DNA of 64,000 nucleotides from Opitutales bacterium (GTDB lineage Bacteria; Verrucomicrobiota; Verrucomicrobiia; Opitutales; UBA9783): NCBI GenBank assembly GCA_046881885.1, contig JBKSMP010000022.1, positions 4,255 to 68,254 of the forward strand, read 5' to 3'. Shown piece by piece: positions 19,279 to 28,581 of this stretch (position 1 is its first letter; each line of letters starts with the position of its first letter). The notes under the pieces were generated by a model. It saw only the letters and a program-made list of their open reading frames with translations, ran no database searches and was not told where the DNA came from. The position numbers and the translations under genes were made by a program.

Positions 19279-20583
19279 GTGAAAACACATATTGAATCTA
19301 TTAATACAGTATCTAAAAAAGTAACAGTCACATTTGAAAAGGACATGTGTAAGGATGTTCGTTTGACTGTTTTGAAAAAAGCGCAGAAAGATGCAGCTTT
19401 GCCTGGTTTTAGAAAGGGCAAAGTGCCTTTAGAACTGTTAGAACAACGTTATGCTGAAGCTCTTTTGCAAGAATTTCGTCAAGAATTAGTTGTAAAAGCC
19501 TTGGAGCATTTAAAGCAATCCGATAAGATGGATGTAGTTGCTGTTGTGAAGTCGGATTTTAGCGACAAGGATAAAGGGCAAGAATTGCATTTAGAAGTAG
19601 AATTAGCTCCAGAAATTGCCTTGCCAGATTACAAAAGTTTTCAGCTAGACAAAGCGGATTTTGAGGTTTCTGAAGCCGAAGTAAACGATTTTATTGAACG
19701 TCTTCAAAAGCAACAAGCCTCTTACGAAGTTGTAGAACGTGAGGCGCAATCTAAGGATTATGTAAAGTTGTCCTACGAAGGTTTTGTAGATGACCAGCCA
19801 ATCGATTCTTATCAGGGTTTGCCGCATCTTTGGGCCAAGCAAAAAATGACTTGGGAAGAAGTTGATGCACAAGAAACACCTGGAATTCCTGAGATTGTAA
19901 AAGGTATTAAAGGGTTGAAGGCAGGCGATAAGAAAGAGATCAAAGTACAATTGCCAGCGACCTTTGCCGTTAAAGAATTGCAGAAAAAGAAGGCCGTTTA
20001 TAAAGTAGAAATTCTTGAGGTTCGTGAAGTTAAATTGCCGGCCTTAGATGAAGAATTTTTCAAAAAATTGCAGGTAAAAGATAAGGCAGAATTGGAAACT
20101 TTTGCCAAGAAAACCTTGTCTAATCGTAAAGAACAAGAATATGCAGCTCAGCAAAAACAACGCATTTCGGAGTTCTTAATCCAATCGGTTACCTGTGAAA
20201 TGCCTTCTTCTTGGGTACGTTCTGAAACCAATAAAGTTTTGCAAGAAATGGTGAATTTGTTCTCGTCACACGGCATTAAACAAGGTATGTTAGAAGAACA
20301 AAAAGAGGCCTTGGTAGAACGTGCAAGAACTGTTGCCTGTGATCGTATCAAGCTAAACTTGTGTTTTGAGAAGATTTTTAGTGCAGAAAAATTGAAGGTA
20401 GATGCGCGTGATATCGAGTTGGTTTTGGTTCAAGAAGCGGCTCAGCGTCATATAACCCCGCAAAAATTGCTACAGCTTGTTCAGAAGGATGAACGTGAGC
20501 GCAATGCGATTCAAAACAAGGCCTTTCAGGCCAAGATGATTAATTGGTTGTTTGATACATTACGCGAAACTTCTAAGAAATAA
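19279..20583 (+). CDS. tig: trigger factor
   Basis: N-terminal ribosome-binding motif PGFRKGKVP, suitable length, and position upstream of clpP-clpX. GTG start with an upstream aaagga. Confidence 0.9.
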   Translation: MKTHIESINTVSKKVTVTFEKDMCKDVRLTVLKKAQKDAALPGFRKGKVPLELLEQRYAEALLQEFRQELVVKALEHLKQSDKMDVVAVVKSDFSDKDKGQELHLEVELAPEIALPDYKSFQLDKADFEVSEAEVNDFIERLQKQQASYEVVEREAQSKDYVKLSYEGFVDDQPIDSYQGLPHLWAKQKMTWEEVDAQETPGIPEIVKGIKGLKAGDKKEIKVQLPATFAVKELQKKKAVYKVEILEVREVKLPALDEEFFKKLQVKDKAELETFAKKTLSNRKEQEYAAQQKQRISEFLIQSVTCEMPSSWVRSETNKVLQEMVNLFSSHGIKQGMLEEQKEALVERARTVACDRIKLNLCFEKIFSAEKLKVDARDIELVLVQEAAQRHITPQKLLQLVQKDERERNAIQNKAFQAKMINWLFDTLRETSKK

Positions 20584-20586
20584 GCT

Positions 20587-21201
20587 ATGACCTACTTACC
20601 TTTACCTTATGTTTATGAGCGTGATGGTCGCGGCGAAAAGGCTTGGGATATTTACAGTCGTTTGCTGAAAGATCGTATTGTTTTTGTCGGTACTCCGATT
20701 GATGATTTTGTCGCAAATGCCGTTATTGCTCAGTTGTTGTTTTTGCAGATGGAAGATCCTAAAAAGGATGTTCATATGTATATCAATTGCCCTGGAGGGA
20801 GTGTAACTGCTGGTATGGCGATTTACGATACGATGAATTTCTTGCATTGTGATATCGTGACGTATTGTGTTGGCCAAGCAGCAAGTATGGCGACAGTTTT
20901 ATTAGCAGCAGGTACGCGCGGTAAGCGTTATGCCTTGCCTCACAGTCGGGTTATGATCCATCAACCTTCAGGTGGGGTAACCGGTCAAGCATCCGATATT
21001 TCGATCGCGGCCAAAGAAATTTTACGTTGGCGTTCAACGATAAATTCTATCTTGGCGCAACATAGCGCAAAATCGGTTGAACAAATCGAAAAGGATTCAG
21101 ATCGTGACTTTTTCTTGTCGGCAAATGAGGCAAAAGAATACGGATTGGTGGATCATGTGATTGTCAATAATCCGGAAAAGACACAAGCATCGAATGACTA
21201 A
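20587..21201 (+). CDS. clpP: ATP-dependent Clp protease proteolytic subunit
   Basis: [11 protein letters not shown], catalytic Ser context GQAASMA, and MIHQPSGG. Confidence 0.97.
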   Translation: MTYLPLPYVYERDGRGEKAWDIYSRLLKDRIVFVGTPIDDFVANAVIAQLLFLQMEDPKKDVHMYINCPGGSVTAGMAIYDTMNFLHCDIVTYCVGQAASMATVLLAAGTRGKRYALPHSRVMIHQPSGGVTGQASDISIAAKEILRWRSTINSILAQHSAKSVEQIEKDSDRDFFLSANEAKEYGLVDHVIVNNPEKTQASND

Positions 21202-22522
21202 GGATACTTTGTTTTGTTCGTTTTGCGGTCGACACGCAAGCCAAGTAAAAAATTTGGTAACCTCACCTAATGGAACGGCAGCTATTTGTACCGATTGTTT
21301 AAGCATTTGTCGTTCTATGTTGGAGCCATCAAATGGGAAAGATTTGAGGCCAACAGAAAGTGATACCTTAGATGTACAAGAAGCTTTACCTAAAGAAGTT
21401 TCAACCGAAATTCCACGTTTGAAAGTTTTGCCGCCTCATGTCATTAAAGCCGAACTAGATCGTTTTATTGTAGGTCAGGAACATGCTAAAAAGACCTTGG
21501 CAGTAGCTGTTTATAATCACTACAAGCGTTTGGTACTTCAAAAAGGCTTAGATTTGTTGGAAGAAAACAATGAGTTAAGTTTTACAGCAGAGTTGTCAGA
21601 GGATTTGCAAAATGTAGAAGTTGACAAAAGCAATATCCTGTTTGTGGGGCCTACAGGAAGCGGAAAAACTTTGCTCGCACGTACTTTGGCGCGTTTATTG
21701 AATGTACCATTTGCCATTGCAGATGCGACCACATTGACCGAAGCAGGTTATGTAGGTGAGGATGTGGAGAATATTGTTCTTCGACTTTTGCAAGCCGCTG
21801 ATTACGATGTAAAGCGCGCAGAAATGGGTATTATTTATGTCGATGAAATTGATAAAATCGGTCGAAAGACTGATAATGTTTCCATTTCGCGCGATGTGTC
21901 TGGTGAAGGCGTCCAACAAGCTTTATTAAAGATTTTGGAAGGTACGGAGTGTAATATTCCGCCTAAAGGAGGACGTAAGCATCCCGACCAGGAATATATT
22001 CGAATTAACACGGCGAATATTTTGTTCATTTGCGGTGGTGCTTTTGTGGGGTTGGACAAAATTGTATCGCATCGTGTAGGCCATCAAGTGTTGGGATTCA
22101 ATAAAGATGTTTCTAAAAATCTGGAAAGTGCAGAATTGATTGAGGCCCACGTACAGCCAGAAGACTTGATAAAGTTTGGTATGATTCCGGAATTTGTGGG
22201 GCGTTTGCCAGTGGTTTCTGTATTGCGGGAATTAACGAAGGAAGATTTAATTTTTATTCTCACAAAGACTCAAAACGCAATTCTTAAACAATACGAAAAG
22301 CTCTTTGCGATGGAATCTGTGCATTTGGAATTTACGGAAAGCGCGATCGATGCCATTGTTCAGCAAGCTTTAGAATTAAAAACGGGCGCACGTGCCTTGC
22401 GGTCTATTATCGAGCGTTTCATGTTAGATATCTTTTTTGTAGTTTCTAAAGATAAATCTATTCGATCGGTAACGGTTACCGAAGAGGTTGTGCAAAAAGG
22501 CGCACATCCGTTGATGCAATGA
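21194..22522 (+). CDS. clpX: ATP-dependent Clp protease ATP-binding subunit ClpX
   Basis: Zn-finger CSFCGR...C..C, Walker [19 protein letters not shown], and [11 protein letters not shown] 21194 ([12 protein letters not shown]) overlaps the clpP stop by 8 nt and is preferred over 21161. Confidence 0.97.
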   Translation: MTKDTLFCSFCGRHASQVKNLVTSPNGTAAICTDCLSICRSMLEPSNGKDLRPTESDTLDVQEALPKEVSTEIPRLKVLPPHVIKAELDRFIVGQEHAKKTLAVAVYNHYKRLVLQKGLDLLEENNELSFTAELSEDLQNVEVDKSNILFVGPTGSGKTLLARTLARLLNVPFAIADATTLTEAGYVGEDVENIVLRLLQAADYDVKRAEMGIIYVDEIDKIGRKTDNVSISRDVSGEGVQQALLKILEGTECNIPPKGGRKHPDQEYIRINTANILFICGGAFVGLDKIVSHRVGHQVLGFNKDVSKNLESAELIEAHVQPEDLIKFGMIPEFVGRLPVVSVLRELTKEDLIFILTKTQNAILKQYEKLFAMESVHLEFTESAIDAIVQQALELKTGARALRSIIERFMLDIFFVVSKDKSIRSVTVTEEVVQKGAHPLMQ

Positions 22523-23244
22523 AGCAAACCTGGCATTATCCTTGGGTATTTGCTTCAAATTTGTCAGAATGTACAGATGTTCTTCCTTTGTCTGAGGAAG
22601 AATTTCGGCATGTAGCGTTCGTTTTGCGCTGCAAAAATGATGAGTCTTTAGTGGCTTTTGATGGAAACGGTGGAGTACGTTTAGGAAAATTAGCTTTGAC
22701 TTCAAAGCAAGGTTTCATCCAGTTTAAAGAGGGGTTTGAGAAAATTCCTCAACCACCCAAACAGTATAATTTGGTCCAATTTTTGCCCAATAATGTAGCC
22801 ACTTTTGAAATCGTTTTACGAAAATGTTGCGAGTTGGGTATTCAGGCTATTTATACTGTTTTGGGCGAACGTTCAGAACGTAAGCAGTGGGTTCCTGAAG
22901 TTTGGAAAAAACGGGCCGATCGTTTTCAACGCATCTTAATTGAATCATGTAAGCAAGCTAAGAATCCTTATTTACCGCAAATTCTCCCTCCGGAAACGAT
23001 TTCAAGTATAAATTGGCAAGCATTGGGATGTTGTTTTTATGGTAGTTTGTATGGAAAGTCGTATCAGGGAATACAAGAAAGTTCAACCAATCTTTATTCG
23101 ATTGTGGTTGGTCCTGAAGGCGGTTTTTCTGAAAATGAAGAATACTTTTTAAGTAAAGTTTCAACTGGAATTCATCTACCAACTTGCGTCTTACGTACCG
23201 AAACCGCTGTTGTTAGCTTAATTACAGCAGTCAAGTTAGGATAG
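22519..23244 (+). CDS. rsmE: 16S rRNA (uracil1498-N3)-methyltransferase RsmE
   Basis: C-terminal SPOUT motif VVGPEGGFSENE...LRTETA. ATGA overlap with clpX. Confidence 0.85.
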   Translation: MKQTWHYPWVFASNLSECTDVLPLSEEEFRHVAFVLRCKNDESLVAFDGNGGVRLGKLALTSKQGFIQFKEGFEKIPQPPKQYNLVQFLPNNVATFEIVLRKCCELGIQAIYTVLGERSERKQWVPEVWKKRADRFQRILIESCKQAKNPYLPQILPPETISSINWQALGCCFYGSLYGKSYQGIQESSTNLYSIVVGPEGGFSENEEYFLSKVSTGIHLPTCVLRTETAVVSLITAVKLG

Positions 23245-23610
23245 AGACTTTTGCAACCTTGCAATTTAAAACAAAAAAGTCCACAATACAAATACAGCAT
23301 ATATAAACTTAAAAAGCGAACACTATTTTTCTTCTCTAAAAAAGGTTTAAAAACCTTTTGAAAATAAACATCCTTCAAAAGTCTAAAATGGTTGTAAAGT
23401 GGAGCCGTAGTGAGGATTTTTAGAAATATTAGAATTCAATTTTTTTCTAAAACTTTTCTAACTTTTTTAATTTTCTTTAAAAACAATTTCCCATAAAAAT
23501 TTTTAGGTTTTCGACTTTTGCAGGATGTTTAATATTATCCAATGTCATTTTAACAATAAAAAATTAATTAAAAACTGGACATTTTATTAAAATCCAACTA
23601 ATAAAAAGTC

Positions 23611-26244
23611 ATGCATGTCATCGATATTTCAATTATTATAAGTTTCCTTATAGCAACATTATATGTAGGTTTAAAATCTGGTAAAAATATAAAAACATTT
23701 AGCGATTATGCTATCGGTAATAGAAATTTTTCTGATTTTGCTATTTTTTGTACAGTAGCAGCTACTATTATCGGAGGAACGGTAACAATAGGAAATGTTG
23801 GGAAATTTTATGATGTTGGAATTAGTCAAATATTAGTACAAATTGGAGAACCTATTGCTTATATTTTGGTTGGCTTATTTTTGGCACGTCGTTTTGGAAA
23901 TTATTATGGTTGTTGTTCTTTAGGCGATATGTTCCATAGATCCTATGGAATGCCAGGGAAAATTTTAATAGGCATCATAGGAAGCCTGTACGAAATACTT
24001 GGTGTGGGATTACAATTTATAGCGATGGGGACAGGTATCAGCGTTTTAACAGGCCTTTCTTATATAAATAGCCTTTTAATTGCAGGTGGTATTATTCTCA
24101 TTTATACGGGTCGTGGGGGCATACGTTCTGTAACATTTACAGATGTTTTGCAGTTTATAGTACTTATTGTAGCTATTCCTATTCTTTTGATAACAGTAAT
24201 TACAAAAATTGGGGGCATACAAGTATTAATGGAGCAATTACCGCGATCGCATGTAACCATTACAGGTGAAAATTTTCGACGATATATATTTTTAATGTTT
24301 CCTATGATGTTAATAACATTTTCACCGCATCATGTCCAACGTTTGTTAATGACTAAAAACTATGAGCAAGGAGCAAAGGCTTTTTTTAATTTAAGTTGGG
24401 TTTTTTCATTTGTAGTTATTATGGCCTTGTTTTTAGGTTTTTCAGCAAAAATTTTATTTCCCGGATTAACACGTCCTGATCAAGCTTTGCTTGTCTTAAT
24501 GACAAATTATTTACCTGCAGGAATTTTTGGAATAGCTATGATTGGTATTTTAGCTGTTTTAATGTCTACGGCAGACTCAAATATAAATAGTGGAAGTATT
24601 GTATTGGTTAACGATTTAATTATTCCTTATAAAAAATACATACAAAAAAAAGAATTATCAGAAGCTGAAAAATTAAAATATGCTCGTATTATTTCAGTAT
24701 TTATAGGTTTTGCGGCTTTTATTTTTGCAAGTCAATGCACAAGTATATTTGAAACGAGAATTTTTATTCGTACCATATGGTTTTCTATTATTTTATCCCC
24801 GTTATATTTCCTTCTTTTTAATGTAAAAATTTCTGTTAAAGGACTTATGTTAAGTGCTTTAATCGGCTTGTTTACATTTTCTTTTTGGAATGCAAATCTC
24901 AAACCAATTACACAAATTGATGGCCTATTCCCGGGATTTTTCGCAAACATCATAACGGTACTTTTCTTTTATTTTTGGGGAGGTCGGCAGAAGGTATTTT
25001 CGAAGGAGGAATTAGCAAAGATGCGTCAAGCAGAGGCGTTGCAAATCAAGAAGAAGCCGAGTGTACGTGATTTACAAATGCGCAATCATGTATTTTTAGG
25101 TTTATGTCTTGTATTTCTTCAATTGGTACCCTTGGTTTTTGAATTAAATGCATTAACTTATTCAAAGTTAATGTTAACACTTATAAACGGAATTTTAGCC
25201 ATATTACTTATTTTTGGAGGATCCTTGGAGATTTTTGCAGCATCTAAGCACTTTCAATGGCTAAAGTTGACGATCTTATTCTTTTGCTTACCAGTTACGT
25301 CAGCTTATTTAGTGATAACATCTGCCGAAAATGGCCTGCATGTGTTAACTTTGTTGTTATCATTTGTTATAATGATTTTAAGCGTTAAGAAGAGGCAAGA
25401 AAGTAAAATTGCTTGGGTATGCGCGCTAACTGGTTTTATCACGGTTATTACTTATTTTAAAATGGGATGCGAAATTTATTGGCCACATAGTTTTTCTATT
25501 CATCATTTGCTTTATTTGTTCGGATTTGTAGCTGTTTTATTGTTGCTAAGATCTAACATGAATATGTTGCGTATGGCTATTTATCAAGAACGTTACAACA
25601 TGGCACGGAGCTTATCGCATGATTTGATGTCACCTTTGATGGCATTTCACATGCTTGTTGGGAACAAAAAGAAGATAGAATTGGATGAAAAAGAAAGTCA
25701 GCTCCTCAAAAATATTGCCAATGAAATGGGCAGTTACATTGATGATTTTATTGTCGGCAGCTTAAAAGATCAGTCACAATTAAAGCTCGAAGACCTGAAT
25801 CAATGTGTCCTCAGCTGCATCGAAAAACAAACGATTTTGAATAAAAATCTAGAAATTCAATTGCAAGCGAAGGAGACAATTTTTGCACGCGTAGATGCGG
25901 TTCTTTTGCGCCGAATCATCAATAATCTCGTCAACGTTTGCCGGCATGCATTACCGAACGGTTGCAACACGATCGTAATTGCCATCGACAACGATCCGCT
26001 CGGCAATACCCAAATCCTCTTGCAAGCTGCCAATGGTGATTTTTCCGCAAAAGCTCTTAAGGGGATGTTTATCGAGGATCAAAAATTAGGCGACGAAGTT
26101 GAACTCGGCATCAGCTTCCCTGAATTCCAAGATATTGTCGCTAAATGGAACGGCAAGTTGGAACTTATTTCTCAAGATAATAACGCTATTATCCAAATCC
26201 TTCTCCCTAATAAGGATAACGATAAGCTGATCCAAAAAGCGTAA
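23611..26244 (+). CDS. sodium:solute symporter (SSS) family domain fused to a histidine-kinase-like C-terminus, paralog 2
   Basis: Collinear with the 12862-15498 protein: about 70% identical over the first 60 aa by hand count, with the same domain order. H-box RSLSHDLMSPL and C-terminus LRRIINNLVNVCRHA ... ANGDF ... LGISF. Confidence 0.8.
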   Translation: MHVIDISIIISFLIATLYVGLKSGKNIKTFSDYAIGNRNFSDFAIFCTVAATIIGGTVTIGNVGKFYDVGISQILVQIGEPIAYILVGLFLARRFGNYYGCCSLGDMFHRSYGMPGKILIGIIGSLYEILGVGLQFIAMGTGISVLTGLSYINSLLIAGGIILIYTGRGGIRSVTFTDVLQFIVLIVAIPILLITVITKIGGIQVLMEQLPRSHVTITGENFRRYIFLMFPMMLITFSPHHVQRLLMTKNYEQGAKAFFNLSWVFSFVVIMALFLGFSAKILFPGLTRPDQALLVLMTNYLPAGIFGIAMIGILAVLMSTADSNINSGSIVLVNDLIIPYKKYIQKKELSEAEKLKYARIISVFIGFAAFIFASQCTSIFETRIFIRTIWFSIILSPLYFLLFNVKISVKGLMLSALIGLFTFSFWNANLKPITQIDGLFPGFFANIITVLFFYFWGGRQKVFSKEELAKMRQAEALQIKKKPSVRDLQMRNHVFLGLCLVFLQLVPLVFELNALTYSKLMLTLINGILAILLIFGGSLEIFAASKHFQWLKLTILFFCLPVTSAYLVITSAENGLHVLTLLLSFVIMILSVKKRQESKIAWVCALTGFITVITYFKMGCEIYWPHSFSIHHLLYLFGFVAVLLLLRSNMNMLRMAIYQERYNMARSLSHDLMSPLMAFHMLVGNKKKIELDEKESQLLKNIANEMGSYIDDFIVGSLKDQSQLKLEDLNQCVLSCIEKQTILNKNLEIQLQAKETIFARVDAVLLRRIINNLVNVCRHALPNGCNTIVIAIDNDPLGNTQILLQAANGDFSAKALKGMFIEDQKLGDEVELGISFPEFQDIVAKWNGKLELISQDNNAIIQILLPNKDNDKLIQKA

Positions 26245-26273
26245 TCCTTTGTATTCATAGCCTTTTGAACCTT

Positions 26274-26301
26274 AAAAACCTGCTTCTAATGGCAGGTTTT
26301 T
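26274..26301 (+). terminator. rho-independent terminator after SSS-HK paralog 2
   Basis: 10-bp stem aaaaacctgc / gcaggttttt with an 8-nt loop. Confidence 0.7.
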
Positions 26302-26601
26302 AAGTAATAGTTTTTAAGCAAAATATCGAATAATTTTTGCCTATTCCACTCAATTGAGAGATAATTGATATATGGGAACATTATCTTTGTAAAAAATATC
26401 GACAATGCGCAGTAATAGTTTAACGCCTAGAAACAAACAGCAAAGATTTTCAAAAAACAGGCCCATGATGTGCAAGTTTTGGATCAAGTCTTGCGGTCCA
26501 AGTCCCAGCGCAGTAGTACCGATCTACGGATCTGTAAAATAGCGCGTACTACTAGTCCTTATGGCCGTTTTGAGCGAAAATTGGGATTTCACGCAGTCAC
26601 T

Positions 26602-26823
26602 TCATCGATAAAAAATCTGTTTCAATACGGAAATATAAGTAGTAACTGTGTAATCCGAGAACATTTTTAATTCATGGCTTGCTAGATCTCGACCGATTGA
26701 CCGTAAATTCATTTGTGAGGCAATCGCTCGACGCAATTTCTTACTTCCCGTGTTGTATTCACGGTTGAAGTTGCAGGCATTTTTGAAAAAATCTTGAGAA
26801 GTTTTTGAGTCTGATTTCATCAA
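26602..26823 (-). CDS. hypothetical ORF, in frame with the upstream FmdB-like ORF across a single TAG
   Basis: The frame continues from 26827-27150, with only the TAG (26827-26829) and one codon between them. No family recognised. It could be a decayed 3' part of one longer gene, or non-coding. Confidence 0.2.
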   Translation of the reverse strand: MMKSDSKTSQDFFKNACNFNREYNTGSKKLRRAIASQMNLRSIGRDLASHELKMFSDYTVTTYISVLKQIFYR

Positions 26824-26826
26824 AAC

Positions 26827-27132
26827 CTAATGTAAGCTTTTAAACGTGGCTGGGCCTTCATGTCCGGCAGTTTTTACATAGCATTGAGAAATCGGATCAC
26901 GAACATATTTACTAAACCCATGTTGTTCAATGTTTTTGTCCGAAAGAAGTTTTTTCGTATGTCCTTCCGAATACCCTTTGGAAAGATTGGGGGCCGTATA
27001 AATACGTTCTAATTTGTAACCTGTTTTGGGATCCCTCTCCAAACTTTCCTTGTAGCTATGCTGAACTTCAATGACAGGACAATCTTTTCGAGCAGTTTCT
27101 GGGATACAAACACGATATTGATAAATAGGCAT
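26827..27132 (-). CDS. FmdB-family zinc-ribbon-like small protein lacking the Cys knuckles
   Basis: MPIYQYR...(V)IEV...DPKTGYKLERIYTAPNLSKGYS parallels the FmdB pattern MPIYEY.C..CG..FE....CP.CG...R.ISAP.F..KGSG, but the CxxC pairs are replaced. Start taken at the MPIYQY Met (27132); the track start is 27150. Confidence 0.5.
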   Translation of the reverse strand: MPIYQYRVCIPETARKDCPVIEVQHSYKESLERDPKTGYKLERIYTAPNLSKGYSEGHTKKLLSDKNIEQHGFSKYVRDPISQCYVKTAGHEGPATFKSLH

Positions 27133-27278
27133 ACTTTTTATTTTAATCAAAAATCAACCAATAGCAAGAGAAGACTTATTTGATTTCATGTTAGTTTTGT
27201 TGTAAATTCTTGGACAAAAAAATCAAAAATGCTTGATATTGAAAAAATATTTTATTTTTTTAGGCATACACTTGTTTC

Positions 27279-27307
27279 TTGACAAAATGATTTAGGTTTT
27301 ATAAAAT
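27279..27307 (+). promoter_or_regulatory. near-consensus sigma70-like promoter in front of the orphan island
   Basis: TTGACA (27279-27284), a 17-nt spacer, then TAAAAT (27302-27307). The predicted TSS falls within a few nt of the GTG at 27316. Confidence 0.5.
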
Positions 27308-27315
27308 GATTAGGA

Positions 27316-28563
27316 GTGGGATTTATTCCAAAGGTTGGGAATGATAATCGTGCCGTTAGTTATTCTCAAGCCTTTAATGCTCTTAGAAAAAGGGCACACG
27401 GCAAAAGAAATGTAGCAGTAAGTAAACGAACAGGTAGTATAACATCAAAAACAAAAATAAGTAGTAGAAGTTTTTCAAGTAAAGCAACATTGCGATCGCA
27501 AAGGAAAGTAGACACAAGAACTCCAAGTCAATTAAAAACGATTGTTAACCTTAGTGAAAGTCAACAAGTTTTCCATTCTTTGATTAGGCGTGGAACTATA
27601 TCTACAGAAGCTAAAGCTGTTTATTCAGCAGCATTGGTTATACTTAGTGAAGTTAGTAGGTGTAAAGATTTTTCTGCTGCTAATATACAAAAGGCTATAA
27701 AGATTGGATTAAAGCAAGCAGCAACTACAACAGGCCTTAAGGGGTCAGTTGATTTTTTTAAGGAATGTGAAGATGGGGGAGCCTATAATTATAATGACAA
27801 AGGTCAGAAAAAAACCACTAATGGATTTCCAAAACCTAACAGAGAGGAATGTTACCTTATATGTAATAACTTAGGATTTAAAACAAATGAAGAAGTTAAG
27901 CATCCCCAAAATCTAGGTGAATTAAAAATCGATTTGGAATCTTGTCAAGAAGCTAATACAGAAAAAACATATAAATTCAAGGATGGTAATGGAAAAGAAG
28001 TACCCAATTTAAAAATTACTTGTCCTAAAGATTTTAACATTGAAAGCTATTCAGGACAGTTACAGCGTGAAATAGATACGTTTAATGGTAATGTTACTAT
28101 TTATAAATTGAAACCGGGAACTGTTTTAACACGAGTGTTTGGTCAAGACCAAAGTATAATGTCTTCTTGTTGGTGCAATTCTATTCATCCAGATTCTGTA
28201 GTTACTCAAGCAAAAGATTTATATCAAAATTTAGCTGTAATGCCTCATTGGAATGGCGACAGTAATTTAGGTTTTCTAATTGTACCTAATGATATTGAAA
28301 TCTATGTTACTGAAGGAACTATTGCTAGTCAAACAACAAATTACTCGAATTTTTCGACAAATACAAATGGAAAGGAAATAAAAACGGACCATACTTATGT
28401 TTTTCAAGGAGGTAGTATTCAATTAAATATCCTTACTCCCAATAACAATAGTCACTTTGCTGGTGTCGAAAATAACGAAATTTTTACACAAATTATGTTT
28501 ACTTTTAGAAATGATAAAATAGTAAATCCAATCGAACTCGCCAAACCTAAAGAACAAAAATAA
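27316..28563 (+). CDS. orphan protein: basic/Ser-rich N-terminus, Cys-containing middle, C-terminal putative toxin/effector enzyme domain
   Basis: 415-codon ORF. No signal peptide. Residues 20-75 are K/R/S/T-rich. The C-terminal approximately 160 aa carry KPGTVLTRVFGQDQSIMSSCWCNS...MPHWNGD...GTIASQ...FQGGSIQL. The start is uncertain: GTG 27316 is abutted by aggag with no spacer. Confidence 0.6.
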   Translation: MGFIPKVGNDNRAVSYSQAFNALRKRAHGKRNVAVSKRTGSITSKTKISSRSFSSKATLRSQRKVDTRTPSQLKTIVNLSESQQVFHSLIRRGTISTEAKAVYSAALVILSEVSRCKDFSAANIQKAIKIGLKQAATTTGLKGSVDFFKECEDGGAYNYNDKGQKKTTNGFPKPNREECYLICNNLGFKTNEEVKHPQNLGELKIDLESCQEANTEKTYKFKDGNGKEVPNLKITCPKDFNIESYSGQLQREIDTFNGNVTIYKLKPGTVLTRVFGQDQSIMSSCWCNSIHPDSVVTQAKDLYQNLAVMPHWNGDSNLGFLIVPNDIEIYVTEGTIASQTTNYSNFSTNTNGKEIKTDHTYVFQGGSIQLNILTPNNNSHFAGVENNEIFTQIMFTFRNDKIVNPIELAKPKEQK

Positions 28564-28581
28564 AAAGAAAGGAAATGATAT

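Noticed and set aside
12862-26244. The inverted SSS-kinase paralogs read as the ends of a composite transposon or invertible segment.
   Set aside because: The similarity is at protein level (about 70% aa) rather than near-identical DNA. There is no transposase or recombinase and no terminal repeats. The enclosed genes (tig, clpP, clpX, rsmE) are core housekeeping.
26470-26600. A tRNA-like or tmRNA-like fragment (ggtccaagtccc resembles a T-loop; an 8-bp stem agtagtac/gtactact lies nearby). It might have marked an att site beside the orphan island.
   Set aside because: I could not fold a T arm with more than 3 of 5 Watson-Crick pairs. There is no acceptor stem and no CCA context. The resemblance is limited to a 7-nt loop-like string.
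26602-26823. A possible C-terminal remnant of a tyrosine recombinase (KLRRAIASQM...LASHELKMFSDYT loosely recalls H.LRH..A....LGH.....T..Y).
   Set aside because: The segment is only about 40 aa of weak pattern. The His of the H-x-x-R box is absent. The ORF is in frame with the FmdB-like ORF, which points to a different origin. This is not supportable without a profile search.
27306-27344. The ATG at 27306 as an alternative start for the island's first gene.
   Set aside because: That frame terminates after 12 codons (MIRSGIYSKGWE*) and is not in frame with the 415-codon ORF.
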